From the NCBI RefSeq assembly GCF_009914755.1, contig NC_060928.1: a stretch of 64,000 nucleotides of DNA; one strand, given 5' to 3'. Positions 1-12,790 of the stretch are shown here, in pieces (the stretch's first letter is position 1; each line of letters opens with the position of its first letter). The position numbers and the translations under genes are program-made. This DNA is from the human T2T-CHM13v2.0 reference genome, Homo sapiens. The notes beneath the pieces were generated by a model, which saw nothing but the letters and a program-made list of their open reading frames with translations, had not been told where the DNA came from and made no database searches.

Positions 1-129
1 GTCTTAGTTTGAAAGGAAGGAATACACACAAAACTACCTTTATGATTGGGACATGTCAAAAGAGCCCCTGGAGACGTAAGTGAGCAAGAAACCACCTCAG
101 AAACACACAACTGGTTCTTTTTGTTCTAG

Positions 130-1250
130 CACACATTTTGCAGCTGTATTGTATGGTGCAGGCATGGTTAGGATTGCTATATCTTCTTGGTGGAGTGATC
201 TTTTTAACATTATATCATTATGTAATGTCACTCCCTGTCTCTGATATTTTCTTTACTCTGAAGTTTACTTTATCTGATATTTATACTGTGTATACAATAT
301 TGTGTTAATTCAGTCACTCCTGCTTTCTTTAGATTAATGTTTGCATGATATATCTTTCTCCATATGCTTATTTCAACCTACCTTCTCATTATATTTGCAG
401 TGAATTTCTTGCACATGACATATATTGGTTTTTTTAAAAATCCATTCTCCCAATCTCTGCCTTTAATTGATGTGTGCATTAGTCTGTTCTCACACTGCTA
501 TGAAGAAATACCTAAGACTGGGTAATTTATAAAGAAAAGAGGTTTAATTGACTCACAGTTCTGCATGGCTGGGAAGGCCTCAGGAAACTTACAATCAGGG
601 TGGAAGGCACGTCTTCACGGGGTGGCAGGAGAGAGAATGAGTGTCAGCAGGGGAAATGCCAGATGCTTATAAAACCATCAGATCTCGTGAGCACTCACTC
701 ACTATCACGAGAACAGCCTGGGGGAAACTGCCCCCTCGATTCAATTACCTCCCACCGGGTCCCTCCCACGAGGGATTATAGGGGTTACAATTCAAGATGA
801 GATTTGAGTGGGGACACAGCCAAGCTATGTCAGTGTGTTTAGATCCTTTGCATTTATGTAGCTCTAAATATGGTAGGGCTTAAGTTGGCCATATTTTTTT
901 TTCTCCCTTTTTAACTTTCTTTTTTTTTTTTTCTGCTTTCCTGTGAGCTATGTAAACATTTTTTAGGATTCCATTTTTATTTATCTGTAGTGTTTTTGAG
1001 TGTGTCTCTTTGTATGGGTTTTTAAGTGGTTGCTCTAGGTACTGCATTATGTATACATAACTTATCACAGGCTACTGTTGTAGTCATTTTACCATTTGAG
1101 TAAAGTATAAAAACATTACCCCCCTTTGTCCCTCTGTCATACTCCGTTTATAATGTAATTGTCTTAAATAGCTCCTTCACATACATTGAGAACCACAGAG
1201 AGTGTTACAGTTTTTGCTTCAACCGTCAAGCATAATTTAGACAATTCAAG
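130..1250 (-). mobile_element. Old L1 (L1M-type) fragment, interrupted by a THE1 LTR at 475-832
   Basis: T-rich sequence with typical antisense L1M wording (tcactcctgctttctttagattaatgtttgcatgatatatc; tgtctctttgtatggg) on both sides of the THE1 insertion; subfamily not resolved. Confidence 0.55.
475..832 (-). mobile_element. THE1 (THE1C-like) MaLR solo LTR
   Basis: Begins tgcattagtctgttctcacactgctatgaagaaatacc and ends ggggacacagccaagctatgtca, the reverse complement of the THE1 consensus; 5-bp TSD atgtg/gtgtg. Confidence 0.9.
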
Positions 1251-1842
1251 GGGAGGAGGAAAGCCTCAGGTTCACCGTGAGCACTGTGATGGCTGTGACA
1301 TGAGCCACAGTCAACTGCTGCCTGTGTATGATGGAGCACACTGGTTTGTGAACCACAACCTCATTCTATGTATGGGAAACTGAGGTTCAGAGAGGCTGAG
1401 CCACTTGTCTGAGGTCACACAGCAAAATTGACTGCGTACTTCCTATGTGCCAGGCCCTGTGCTTGCCTCTGATGCTGTGAAAATGAATGAGGCCTGTCCC
1501 CCATCTGCCCAAGAAACACATTTTCTTCCCTCTGTCAGTCCTTCAAGTAAGGGGGCAAGGAAGCTAACATTTGGGGGTCCCAATATGTGCCAAGCAGTGG
1601 GCTGGGGCATTACAAGTGGTGGCTCATGTGACTCTGAGATTCCACCATGGCTGAAATGTGCTGGCATCTGCTCATCTTTCAAGTCTGTTTGTGGCTTTTC
1701 GCTGCTTGAACCTGCCAGCCTCAGGGCGCCCATGTGTGGAGGAGACCCTAAGTGGGACCCACTCTCACCTCTGCATGACAAGCATGCTCGGGAGCGAGGA
1801 AAATATATCAGAGAGCACGCTGGAAGGGCTGGTCATATGTGC

Positions 1843-2191
1843 CGATTTGGTTTGGCTGTGTCCCCACCCAAATCTCATCTTGAATTGCAGCTCCCACAAT
1901 TCCCACATATTGCGGGAGGGACCGGGTGGGAGATAATTGAATCATGGGGGCGGTTTCGCCCATACTATTCTCATGGTAGTGAATAAGTCTCCTGAGATCT
2001 GATGGTTTTAGAAAGGGAAACCCCTCTCTCGACTCTCATACTCTCTTGCCTGCTGCCACGTAAGACGTGCCCTTCGCCTTGTGAGGCCTCCCCAGCCACA
2101 TGGAACTGTGAGTCCATTAAACCTCTTTTTCCTTATAAATTACCCAGGCTAGGGTATGTCTTTACCAGCGGTGTAAAAACGGACTAATACA
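1843..2191 (+). mobile_element. THE1 (THE1B/C-like) MaLR solo LTR
   Basis: cgatttggtttggctgtgtccccacccaaatctcatcttgaattg ... ggactaataca; flanks tgtgc/catgc are both explainable as CpG decay of a cgtgc TSD. Confidence 0.9.
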
Positions 2192-3022
2192 CATGCCCAC
2201 TGCAGGGGTGGGCTTCATGGCTTCTCATCTCTCTCAGCCAGCTATTTCCGTGATGCTTAGAAATTGTCCCAATTAGGATGAACTGAGCTCAGCAAACTCT
2301 AGGAAACTCCTAAACTAATTTGAAGCCTGTAAAGTGAATCCGGTGGGATGCCTGTAACTTAGTTGATTAAGGAAGAAAATATCCTTCAGGTCTCCTTGGC
2401 CCTAAGAGGATATACACAGATCTTCTCAAATGAGTTCTCTTGGAGAGAAAACGTGATTCACAAAAATGATTTCAACACTTGTGGGGAGAACCAGGCACGA
2501 AGGAAGATGTGATGAAGTTTGTATAACTTGAGAGAGAGGAGTAGAGCTGTTATTGGTCCTAAACATAGATGAGATTTTCCTAAAACTGGTTAGAGAATCC
2601 CCAAAATGGCTGACACTCTCCGAGGACTGTCTTTAGGGCCCTGCAAAAGACATGTTCTTTGAATTCAAAAAGAAGATTTAAGCAGATGCAAGGGTCCATG
2701 GCTGAAGGATGATAGCAGAAAAGCAGAATGTCACCTGAGTCTCAGCTTTGGCTCAATATGGTACAATACACATCCTTTGGCCCTTGCAATGCCTGCCTGC
2801 AGCAATTCAGTGCTTGTTGATTAGAAGGCTTTCCAGACGGGAGAGGCCCTGGTTTAAGCCCCTTATCTGGAAGGGGGTAATAAGTTTCAGTCTCTCATTA
2901 ACCTCACAACAGAACCAAGTATCTCCTGTAAGCTGAGCCCTTTGCTTGTTACCAGGGTTGGTGATGTAGTGCCTACAGCTCAGTGGGAATGACAGATGGG
3001 GGTCATGGTGGGATCACAGTAT

Positions 3023-4452
3023 TGTCATGGAATCCTTGGGGTGTAACTTTGCCAGCCTCTGTGGAAACCTCTGTGGTTGGTGGTACCTTCTGCTGCTGCT
3101 GCCTCTGCTCCTGCTACCGGCCCGGATCCCACGCCTGCCAATGGTGAGCCAGGCGCAGAGTGGTGAGGGATGTGTGAGCGAGCGCAGAGCCATGTCCAGC
3201 CACTGCACACAGCCAGGCATGCCGACTGCTGCGGCGGGGTGGGCAGCTCCAGTGCCAACACAGGTGCTGGCTCCCTGAGAGGATGTGGCTGGACCAGATG
3301 TATCACTCTTGGCTTCCGCTGTGGACACCTGTGTCTGGACAAGGGAAACGCAGTGGTGCTGGAAGGTTGGAGACACCAGGAACCACAGAGCCCCAAAGAG
3401 GGTGTCACAACCCTGGCCTGGGCTCCCTGAAGGGCCACAGCTCTTCTCTCCTCATCGCCCATGATGTGGACAGTTGGTGGCGGGGGGCATGTTTCAGTCC
3501 TGTTTGTGTTACAGCTCTTTCAGTCTCACCATTTGGCAGGTCCTGAGTTCTTGTCCTGTGTCCAGGAAGATACATGGAAAACTTGAGGGTGAGCAAGGCA
3601 GAGAGGAGTTTCATTAAGTGACAGAAGAGCTCTCAGGAGACCCCAGGTGAGTAGTTCCTTCCCACAGCTAGTAGTCCCAATGTCTGTGTGAGTCTGTCTG
3701 AGTCCTGGGTTTTTATGGGCTCAGAAGGGAGCAAGTGTGTGCTGATTGGTCCATGGGCAGCCATGGGTGGGCCCAGAAAAAATACAAGTTCTCACTCTGA
3801 GGGGCAGACTCTACCCAGAACTGACAGCCCAGCCCCCAGGTTTCAGGCCAGCCCTGGCTTGGAGATGGGGCTTCACCAGGGACCCACCCCTTTCCACCCA
3901 GGAGCCTGTCTGCCTTCAGCCACCATCAACCGGTCATCCACGGCACCAGGCTGTTTGTGCCGGGGGGCACCTGCAGGCCTGCGATGAGCCACCCTCAGTC
4001 CCCGCTTGACCTCCCTCTTGTGCTAGTCAGTGCCCAAGGTCCAGAAGGGGCTGAAGTGGCAAGGGGCTGGCATGGTCAGTTCTGCCCCCAGGGTAGGCAC
4101 ACCTGGCTGGATTGTGACAGGGCCCAGGCTCAGCCACAACTTTGCTCTGAAATTGGAGTGGATGCCAGGAACAGGGAGAGGCCAGGGAGCAGGAGCAGAT
4201 ACTTCCAAGCCTGTGGGCTTATGGGGGTTTTCCCGGGCCACTGACAGCACAGAGATGCCCCAGTCTGGAGCTGTGGATGGGCAGCTGCAGCTGTGCCTGG
4301 GAACATGGGGCTCCCGCTCCTTTAACTTGGTAGGGGGCGGGGCTCCCACCTGTTCCTGGCCCCCGCCAGCTCCACGCAGCCTGCAGCCATGGCTGCACCT
4401 CACCCACTGCAGCTGGAGACCCTCTGCTCCAGACAGGCTGCTACCACCATCA
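3023..4452 (-). mobile_element. MER52-type ERV1 solo LTR (~1.43 kb)
   Basis: TG...CA termini (tgtcatggaatccttggggtgt ... ctaccaccatca), exact 4-bp TSD gtat (3019-3022 and 4453-4456), internal text matching the recalled MER52 consensus; the many GC-rich ORFs here have no protein similarity. Confidence 0.8.
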
Positions 4453-4465
4453 GTATCAGCCACCT

Positions 4466-4620
4466 GCTATTGTGTCCCCCAAATTCATATGCTACAGCCC
4501 TCACCTCCAGTGCACCGGTATTTGAAGGTGGGGCCTTCGGGAAGTGACTGGGTCCTGAGGGTGGTGCTGCCCTCAGGGGTGGGTTTAGTGCCTTGGAAGA
4601 ATTGGAAGAGAGGGTAGAGC
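4466..4620 (+). mobile_element. MLT1 (A-D type) MaLR LTR 5' fragment
   Basis: ttgtgtcccccaaattcatatg ... gtatttgaaggtggggccttcgggaagtgact. Confidence 0.65.
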
Positions 4621-5085
4621 TCACCAGCCTCCTGGGTGAGCCCCATGCCCCTCCCCATGGCCTCCAGCCCTGCAGGGTGGCCTTGGCCACCCTTCTTCAG
4701 TCTCTCCCATCTCTCTGGGCCCAGCTGTTCTGATTTCCCTCCTTTAATGACCACAGCCCTCCTGCCACATGTCCCTTCCATGTGCTCTTCCCTGACTCAA
4801 ATGTGCTTCTCTCCTCCCACCCTAGCCTTGTCCTCCAGGTAAAGGATGCTCCTAAATTCTAGCAGCAACCTCCCAACTGCCTTCTTCTGCTTCCACTTCT
4901 GTGCCACCAAATGTTCTCTCCAAAGCACACTGACTACTGAAGATTCAACCATTCCCTTTTCTGCATAGAGAGTAAAGCCCTTCACAATCAACTTGTCACC
5001 TGAGGTGGGCCATGCTCCCAGTACTAACACCATTGGCAGTTCCCTCTTGTGTCAAATCTGAGCTGGCCCTATGATGTGATGGTGG

Positions 5086-5498
5086 TGTTAATCCATTTCG
5101 CATTGCTATAAAAGAGTGTCTGTAACTGGATATTTTATAAAGAAAAGAGGTTTATTTGGCTGACAGTTCTGTGGGCTGTACAAGCATGGTGCTGGCATCT
5201 GCTCAGCTTCTGGTGAGGCCTCAGGAACTTAAAATCATGGCAGAAGGCAAAGGGTGAGCCGGTGTGTCACATGTGAGAGGGAGCAAGAGAGAGTAGCGGG
5301 AGATGGCAGACTCCTTTAAACAACTGGCTCTCGCATGAAAAGAATGAGAAATCACTCATTACTGTGGGGAGGGCACCAAGCCATTCATGAAGAATCCACC
5401 CTCATGATTCAAACACCTTCCCACCAGGCCCCACCTCCAATATTGGGGATCACGTTTTAACATGAGATTTGGAGGGGACAAATATCCAATCCATATCA
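5086..5498 (-). mobile_element. MST (MSTB-like) MaLR solo LTR
   Basis: attgctataaaagag ... aagcatggtgctggcatctgctcagcttctggtgaggcctcagg ... atccaatccatatca. Confidence 0.85.
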
Positions 5499-5584
5499 CT
5501 GGTGGAAAAGAGAGGAAGCAACACTGCACCAGCTCTGAGACCAAGCCTTAAGAAAGCATGACACATCCACTCCTGGGAGCTGGG

Positions 5585-5880
5585 AGGTAGCAGGTAAGAA
5601 GTCCTGCTGGAGAGACCACATGGAGAGAGGGGAGGCCCCTTTGTTACCTCAGAGCCCAGGCTACCAGCTGTTCCTACCAAGGCCCCAGACATTAAGTGAA
5701 GCCATCTTGGGTGTTCCAGCCTGTGCTGCCCACTGACTGTAGCCCCATGAGAGACCTCAACTGCAAAGACAGAAGAGCCACCCAGCTGAGCCTAGTCAAA
5801 CCACAGACTCATCAGCCACTGTTGCTTTATGCCACTGAGTTTTAGTGGGGCTTGTTGCACAGCAATAGATAAGCAGAATG
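5585..5880 (+). mobile_element. MLT1 (F/G/H-like) LTR 3' part
   Basis: ggagagaccacatggagaga ... cacccagctgagcc ... gccactgagttttagtggggcttgttgcacagcaatagata. Confidence 0.65.
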
Positions 5881-6825
5881 GGATGGAAGCCTGTTGTACC
5901 GTGGACATCTCCTTCTTCTCCTCCCCTCCCCTGGCCTTGGGCCAGATAAGCCAAACCTCAGCCCAGGTTTCTTGTGAGCTGCTCATGCCCTGTGTCTAGG
6001 CCTAGGCCATCCCAAGCTCCTGCTGCCCTCTGGCAGGAGCCTCTGCTTTTTTGGGCAGCCATGCTGCTCCCTTACTCTTGTCCCTGCTTTCTCCCCAACT
6101 CCTCTCTGCAGGAGAGTGGTGACTTTCCTGGAGGTTAGGGTGGGGTCAGGGGAACCAAGAACACCCATCCCTGGCCCTGCTGGGTCTTTACTCCTGGATC
6201 CTGCTTCTACACAGGAAAACACACTCGGTCTATGTCCCGGGGCCACGCATGCAACCCTCACCCCACACATGAACTGTGCAAAGCCCCATCCATACATCAA
6301 AGCCCATATCATTTGCTAATTGATTCATTAATTCATTGATGTATTTATTGATTCAGTGATCACCCAACATTCCCGGAGCATTCTCTGCAGATGGCCTGTG
6401 CAGGGCTTGGATCTGACTGATCTCTGGGTCACCCACCCATCATGGAGCCTGGTACACAGCTGGCACTTGATGAATGCCAACTGTAGACTAAAGGAGGAAT
6501 GTATTCTGGTGCCAGCTGGGTGCAGTGTTGCATTCAAGCTTCCTCGTGCCCACCAGAGTGTGTCCATGCCTCCCACAACTGCCTGACCCAGGGGTCTGCT
6601 CCCTGGAGGCCAGTACCCTCTCCTAGGCCAAGGCCACCCCTTCCCTCTGAGGCCTAAATCAGCTCGGACCTAACATCTGCCAGTTGGTGACCTTGGGTGG
6701 ATACTTACCCTCTTTGAGACTCAGTTTCCTCATCTGTAAAATGAGGGTACAGATAAACTCTGTCTGTTTCAGAAAGGACTGAGCCAAGGAGCCCGCCTCA
6801 TCAGACATCTGTGCGAGACTAGAGC

Positions 6826-6945
6826 AGCCAATGACTCATTTGCATAACAAGCCCTGCGGGCAATTAAATGCTTCCCAGCTGCTGGGAGGCTGCAGAGGCC
6901 AGGTCTTCAGGGCTCCTTCATCTCTTCGCATTGTTTGTTTGTGTC
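6826..6945. promoter_or_regulatory. Candidate enhancer: overlapping CCAAT, AP-1 and OCT-SOX motifs, plus a downstream SOX/FOX motif
   Basis: AGCCAATGA, TGACTCA (6832-6838) and ATTTGCATAACAA (6838-6850) overlap within 25 bp; CATTGTTTGTTTGT near 6929. Motif match only. Confidence 0.4.
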
Positions 6946-7423
6946 TGGGCTGCTGGGAACAGGAGAGGCGCGGCTATAATGGTGCTCTGAGTGCATTTGA
7001 GAGGAAGGAGAAGATGTCTGGCTGCATGCCTTTATCTAAAGTTGACCTTGACCATCTTCTTTTCAGTTGCTTTCTCCAGAGCCCTAGGCAGCCCCAAGCT
7101 ACACCCTCTCTTGCAGAAGCTCTCCCAGCAGGCACTGGGTCCCCTCTTTCCTGTGTGAAGAGGGATATGGGGGCAGGAGAAGCCTTTAGCTCGTTCTCTT
7201 TTGTCTTTAGAAGAGGAGGGCACTGCCTGTGAACATTGTGAGAGACCAAAAATGACAGGGAAGGAGATGAAACTAAACTGAAGGAGACTAAAGAGAAATG
7301 ACAATGACATGTAATGCGTGGTCCTCATTAAGTACTGATTTAAACAAACAGGTTAATTCTATCTAAAAGATATAATTTGGAATAACTGGGGAAATTAGAA
7401 CGTGGATGAATATTAGATCATTG

Positions 7424-7771
7424 CTGTCTTAGCTGAGGCTGCCATGATGGAATAGCAGGGCTGGGACTTCAGCAGCAGACACCTAGTTCTCCGGGTCTGA
7501 GGCGGGACGTCTGAGATGAGGCCAGCTGCCAGCCGGGCTGGGTTCCAGCAAGGGCTGTCTTCCAGGCTTCCAAACCACCCAGTCCTCGCTAATGGAAAGA
7601 GAGAGAGAGCTCTGGTCTCGTTCTCTTCCTGTAAGGGCACTAATCCCATCATGGGACCCACCCTCACGCCCTGGTCTAAGCCTAATCACCTCCAAAGACG
7701 CCCCCTTCTGATACCATCACACTGGGCGGCAGGACTTCAACATATGAATTCAACACATTCAATCCATAACA
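7424..7771 (-). mobile_element. MLT1A/B-type MaLR solo LTR
   Basis: tgtcttagctgaggctgccatga ... taagggcactaatcccatcatg ... cttcaacatatgaatt ... caatccataaca. Confidence 0.75.
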
Positions 7772-7783
7772 ATTACAGAGAAT

Positions 7784-8533
7784 TGAGAAGAAAAGTGAAA
7801 TCCTAAGCCTCCCAACCATCTGAGCAGACCCCTCTTGGCCAATGGGACCCCAGAGAAACCTTGGGAGATGAGTTCCCACCCACAGCAGGACAGGAGGTTG
7901 GACCTGCCTCGTCATATGCCTCCCTCCCTCATTAACTGCCACCGGGCTGCCTCCCTGAGGGCGGCAGAGAAACCAGCTCTTCCAAAAGACTCTGCCCTGC
8001 TTACAACCAATGCTTGACCTGCCCCCACCCCACCCCGCCCCGCCCCGCCCCGCCCCGCACCCCTTACAGGTTTGACACAGCAACTCACCTGAGTTCCTTC
8101 CTGATAGGAGAGAGACCACGGATCACAGAGAGTTTCTGGTCAGTCTGCAGGGGATGCACGGTGAGGGTTTTTGTGTCCTTCGCTTCACCTTTTCACATCA
8201 GAGGGTAGAAAAGTCCACCCTCAGATCATGCTGCCATGTCTTGAGCATGGGTCCCATGGAGAGGTAGGAAGCTCAAGTGCACACGCATACATTTCTCCTC
8301 TCATAAATATTCATGACTCCTCCTGTAGTTCACTGAATATGCATATTTGGCCACCCTACTCACCATAACCCCTTGTCTAATTCTTCCCATTCTCGAAATG
8401 TCTGTTTCCTGCTTCTGACCTGAGGCTATGCTTCCCAGCCTGTCAGAATGGCTGCCCAGCAGGCTGCTACCATTTTTATGAGAAACAAAGCTCTCCTTTC
8501 CAAACTTAGGAGCCTAACCATTCTTCAGTTGAC
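7784..8533 (+). mobile_element. MER39-like ERV1 solo LTR
   Basis: Start cctaagcctcccaacc...cccctcttggccaatgggaccccagagaaacctt and end aaagctctcctttccaaa...cttcagttgaca resemble the recalled MER39/MER34 group. Confidence 0.65.
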
Positions 8534-10170
8534 AGTATCAATGTTAAATTTGTCAGGTATGGGATTTTTCAGAAAACTGAAATAGAAATTTTCAGGTTAG
8601 TGGGGTTAGGTAGGAGAGTGTCCTGGGCTTTAGTGGATACTTACAGGAAACTCACTTTCAAAATGTATATGGACAGGTAGAAAGCCATGTAGCAACATGT
8701 TGACCATCCGTGAATTGGGGAGAAGAGTAGATAGCATTTATTCTATAGGTTTGAAATTTTTCAAAAGAACAAGTCAGATAGAAAGAAGTAGGGCTCTACC
8801 TGGAGTTAGATTATGAGTTGGTTAATTCTCCCATCACCCCCAGGGCCTATGTGTAACAGAGCCCATCACCCACTTTTCTCCCCGATCAGAGTATCTGGGG
8901 CTGTCCAAGGGTACAGGACCCTGCAGAGAGCAGGGCTCAGGCAGGGAAAGTGGGAAAGAGACACTGGAGGACCTGAACTGGAGGCCAGCATGGATTAAGC
9001 TGGGTTGATCCGGCTCAGGGACAGGCAGAAGTGGCCCCCTGCGACTCTCTCTCCCGCAGGCCAACCTACGGCTTATCCCAGCCCAGGCCAGCAGATCCCT
9101 GCAGACTCAGGGGCTGAGTGAAGGCATATTTATGCTCCTGGGATTCAGGGCTGTTTGTTAGGCAGAATTATCATGCCTGTAGGTAACTGGTACAGAGTCC
9201 CCTCTGCTACCCAGATCATAGACACTGCCACAGAGCCCCACTTGCCCACCCAGGGCAGGAACTTGGTGGGGGAGGTCTAGTGCCCTGCCCGGCCCCCAGC
9301 CCCTCAGCACCTGCCTCCTTCACACGGCTCCTCACTCACCATGCCTCCTGCTGATGTCTACTGAGCACCTGCTCTGTGCCGCACATGCCCGGTGCCAGCA
9401 CTGTTCTCCACACAATCACACTCCACGCCTATTGGTCCTGGGAGGGCTGGTGTATCATCTCCTGAGTGACACAGCAGACGGACAGAGGTGTGGGGCATCT
9501 GTTTCTCTGTAGGAATGCCATTCTTTCTCCCAACAGCAATGATGATCAGGAGTGGACGAGGTCTCATAAGCCCTCCTGCCTCTCAGCCTCAAAGGGCACC
9601 CGGGACTAGCACAACACTGAAGGGCGGCTCACGCCACAGCACAGACTCCCCTGTAGGGAACTGTCGAGGGTGTCTGTGCCTTCCGTATGCCTAGCCATGC
9701 ACGCATGTCTCTTTGTAGAGATCTGAGCATTTGGAAAGATTAGAAATCACAAACTAAAATAGCTAGGGCAGGCATTTCTAGGGGGTGGGGTTACAGGTGA
9801 CTTTTATTTGCTTTCTCATAGTTATGTGTGTTTCCAGTATTCTCTGCAATGAACATGGTATCTTCTAAATCAGAAACAAAACGATGGTTTTATAGAGAGC
9901 AGGGAGGGAGACTATGCATGGTGCTCCAGCCTGGGGGTGGTGGGGCTGTCTGGGGAGGACAGCACCCAAGACATTCTGTCCTTGAGTCAGGCTTCTGGCC
10001 ACGGCACCCCAAGTTTAGGGAGAAGAGGAGCTTTGGGGAAGAACCCCGAGGGTCGAGGCTTCAGTCCTGGCTCTCGCCTGCCCAGATTGGGAGCTGGGGC
10101 AGGGCCCATGGGTCCTCAGCCTTGGATCCCCCTCTGTAAGATGAGGGGCTCATCCCGCCCTGCACAGACC

Positions 10171-10258
10171 GCCAAGGGGTCCTGATCACCCACAGAGGTG
10201 CCAGGGAGTCCTGATCACCCACGGAGGTGCCAGGGGATGCTGATCACCCACAGAGGTG
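10171..10258. repeat. 29-bp tandem repeat, 3 copies
   Basis: ctgatcaccca recurs at 10182, 10211 and 10240. Confidence 0.9.
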
Positions 10259-12543
10259 TGGCCCCCACACCTCATTTCAGGAGCAGCAGGAGCCAGCACC
10301 AGTCGCTATGGGCTTTGTGTCCAAGCACTGCTGCTAGCATGCAGGAGGGAAGCTGGTCTCACCCGTCCACCAGCCTGGCTTGGGTTGCACAGACAGCCCG
10401 GCACTTATTGCTAAGAGACAGCAGGTCAGCGCTTCCCAGGGTTGTGCTGTGGTGTTGGAGCGAGTTAATGAGATAAATAAAATAAACACCAAAAGAGAAA
10501 TGTGTGCCCAGTCGGGAACCAGAGAGAAGTGGGTTCTGTCGGTGCTGAGCGCTCGCTGCTGGATCTGGCAGGCTGCGAGGCTCCCGTGCGTCTGCAGGCT
10601 TGCATTTGAATCATGCATGATTGTAGGTAGGCTGGGCTGCTCCTCAGGCACTGGATCGGGGGAGAGACCAAATACCCCGTGTTTTATTCTGTTCCTCCAC
10701 AATGTGCTTACTTGCTCCCTCTGCCAGAGAGGAAGGGACCTCAGTGAGTATTTGGCCTCACCTCCTGTGAGTTTCACCATCTGTAGATGGGGAAACTGAG
10801 GCCCAGGGAGCTGGTGAGATTCTTCCCTGAACGGTGGACAGGGTCAAGTGAACAGCCGGTGCTGGAGTCAGGTGGAGCTGGTTTGAATCCCAATCCAGCC
10901 ACTTCTCAGCGATGTGATCTTGACCTAGCCCAGATGATAAATCACACAATGGCTCTGAAGCCTGGATTTGAAGTTAGAATCAATGAAACGCCACCAACGC
11001 CCAACGCCCAACGCCCAGCCCTGGGGGTGCAAGGTGGGTGCACACAATTCTTTACCACCTTTTCTAGGTCACAGAGCCTCAGGGCCCTGACCCTCCCCCC
11101 TGGCAGGCCCTCCTGCCTGGCCCCTCACTCACCTTCCTCCTTCAGGAGTCCTTAGTGGTCTCTGAAAGGGACATTTTCCAAAGGGGCTCCTGCACTCTCA
11201 AAGCAGCTCATTGCCAAACATGAGTGCCCATTCACTGAGTGCCCTCCCGTTCGAGGGGTGCTCAGACCCCAGCGCCTGGACCCTTTCCCACCTCCACTCC
11301 CGTCCACCGGCCTCCCAGGAGTTCCCCCACAGACCAGTCACGTGCCGCTTTCTCAAGACCTTTGCACCTGCACTTCTGCTGCCCCCAGCATCTCCATGAT
11401 GCCCTTGCTCTCGGCCTTCAACTGTTGCCCTGGCAGGGCCATCTCCCAGTGTTCCAGCGCCCACACTTCCCAGCCCAACCCCTGCCTGGGAACTCACATT
11501 GCCCACTGTGTCCCCGCTCTCAGGGTGTCCACTGTCCCATGGGGCAGGCTGCCTCGCCTGTTTTGTTCACTGCTGTCTCTCAAGTGTCTAGAACAACATC
11601 AGCGCATTGTAAGTGCTCGATAAACAGTCTCCCTTTTGGAAAAAATATGGACACGGACGAAGGCAAATATAAGGAGTGGAGCATGGTGTGTGAGCTGAGC
11701 CCGGGCAGCTGCCCTGCATCTGCAAACACCAAGAGGGACTCGGAAGCAGAGGATGATCATCAGCCATGGGGACCTGAAAACACCCATGTTCTAGCAAAAT
11801 TAAAACAACATGGGACAGAGTTTTAGAATCAAAGGACAACAAGTATCACCCCAGGCACTTATTGCAGGAGTGAGGCAGCTGGGTGCCTGGGTTCAAAGCC
11901 CAGCTCGCCATGTCCTGTCTGCAGGACCCAGGCAAGTTGTTTGGAGTGTTTGTGCCTCTGCTTCCTCATCTGTGATGGGCGTGATAATCCTCTCCTTTTC
12001 AGGGCTGCCATGGGGGCAGAGCCAGGTATGTGTGAAAGGCCCAGGCCACCATCATTGCTCGCCCTTGAGACAGGGAGCCCCTGAAGGCTGGGAGCCCATC
12101 TGAGTCCTCTGTCCATGCACATGGCTCTAGGGAGCTGGGCTGGACCCTTCGCCTTCCCTAAAGCAGCACAGCCTCAGCCGGAGTTCATGGTGAGGCTGTC
12201 CCTTCCAAAGCCAGCTCCTGATTCTCCCCCCGACATGCCTCAGCTCCTCCTCCCCAGTGCCTGGGTCTTGGGACTCAAGGAAAGAGAGGTGGGAAGTCCG
12301 GGGCCACCAGGCCTGCCCCCATCACAGCTGCTGCTCTGCAAGGACTTCCAGGAGAGCAGCAGCCCCGCAGCAGGTCAGTCCTGCTGGATCCGTCTCCTCT
12401 GGGAGGTGCAGCAGAGGTAGAAGGGCAGCAGCTGGGGTCCCCTTCCTGAGAGGCCCACAGCTCTCCCAGGCAGGCTCCTTCTGAGTGTCTTCCTTTGACC
12501 CTCTCCAGCTGAGAGGCAGTTGGTCACCAAGCAGGTGCAAGGC

Positions 12544-12790
12544 CAGGAGAGGCCACCGGGCAGGGCTATGACCAGAGGGTAACGTCTATCCAAGTCATCT
12601 GCCAAGTTGGGGCAAGGTTTTTCTCAAGTGGAAGAGGGATGAAGGGTCAGTGCGCACTCCCCTGCTGCTCCCAGCCCCCCTTGCAGAATGGATGGCTATG
12701 TGCCTGTGGGGGTGCCTTCCTGGATGAGTATAAAAATAGACTGGAGAAGGAGCTTCAGGGGTGCAGGGTGCAGAGCTGTAGGCATGCAGG
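12544..12790 (+). repeat. 247-bp direct duplication, copy 1 (copy 2 at 18727-18973)
   Basis: Gapless alignment with about 19 mismatches (~92%); both copies contain TATAAAAATAG. Confidence 0.95.

Noticed and set aside
2087-2099. PRDM9 hotspot motif in THE1
   Set aside because: The sequence is CCTCCCCAGCCAC, lacking the T at position 7 of CCNCCNTNNCCNC; this is the ordinary non-hot THE1 state.
475-2191. Two THE1 LTRs as one MaLR provirus
   Set aside because: Opposite orientations, separate TSDs, and the intervening DNA is L1/MIR-like rather than THE1 internal sequence.
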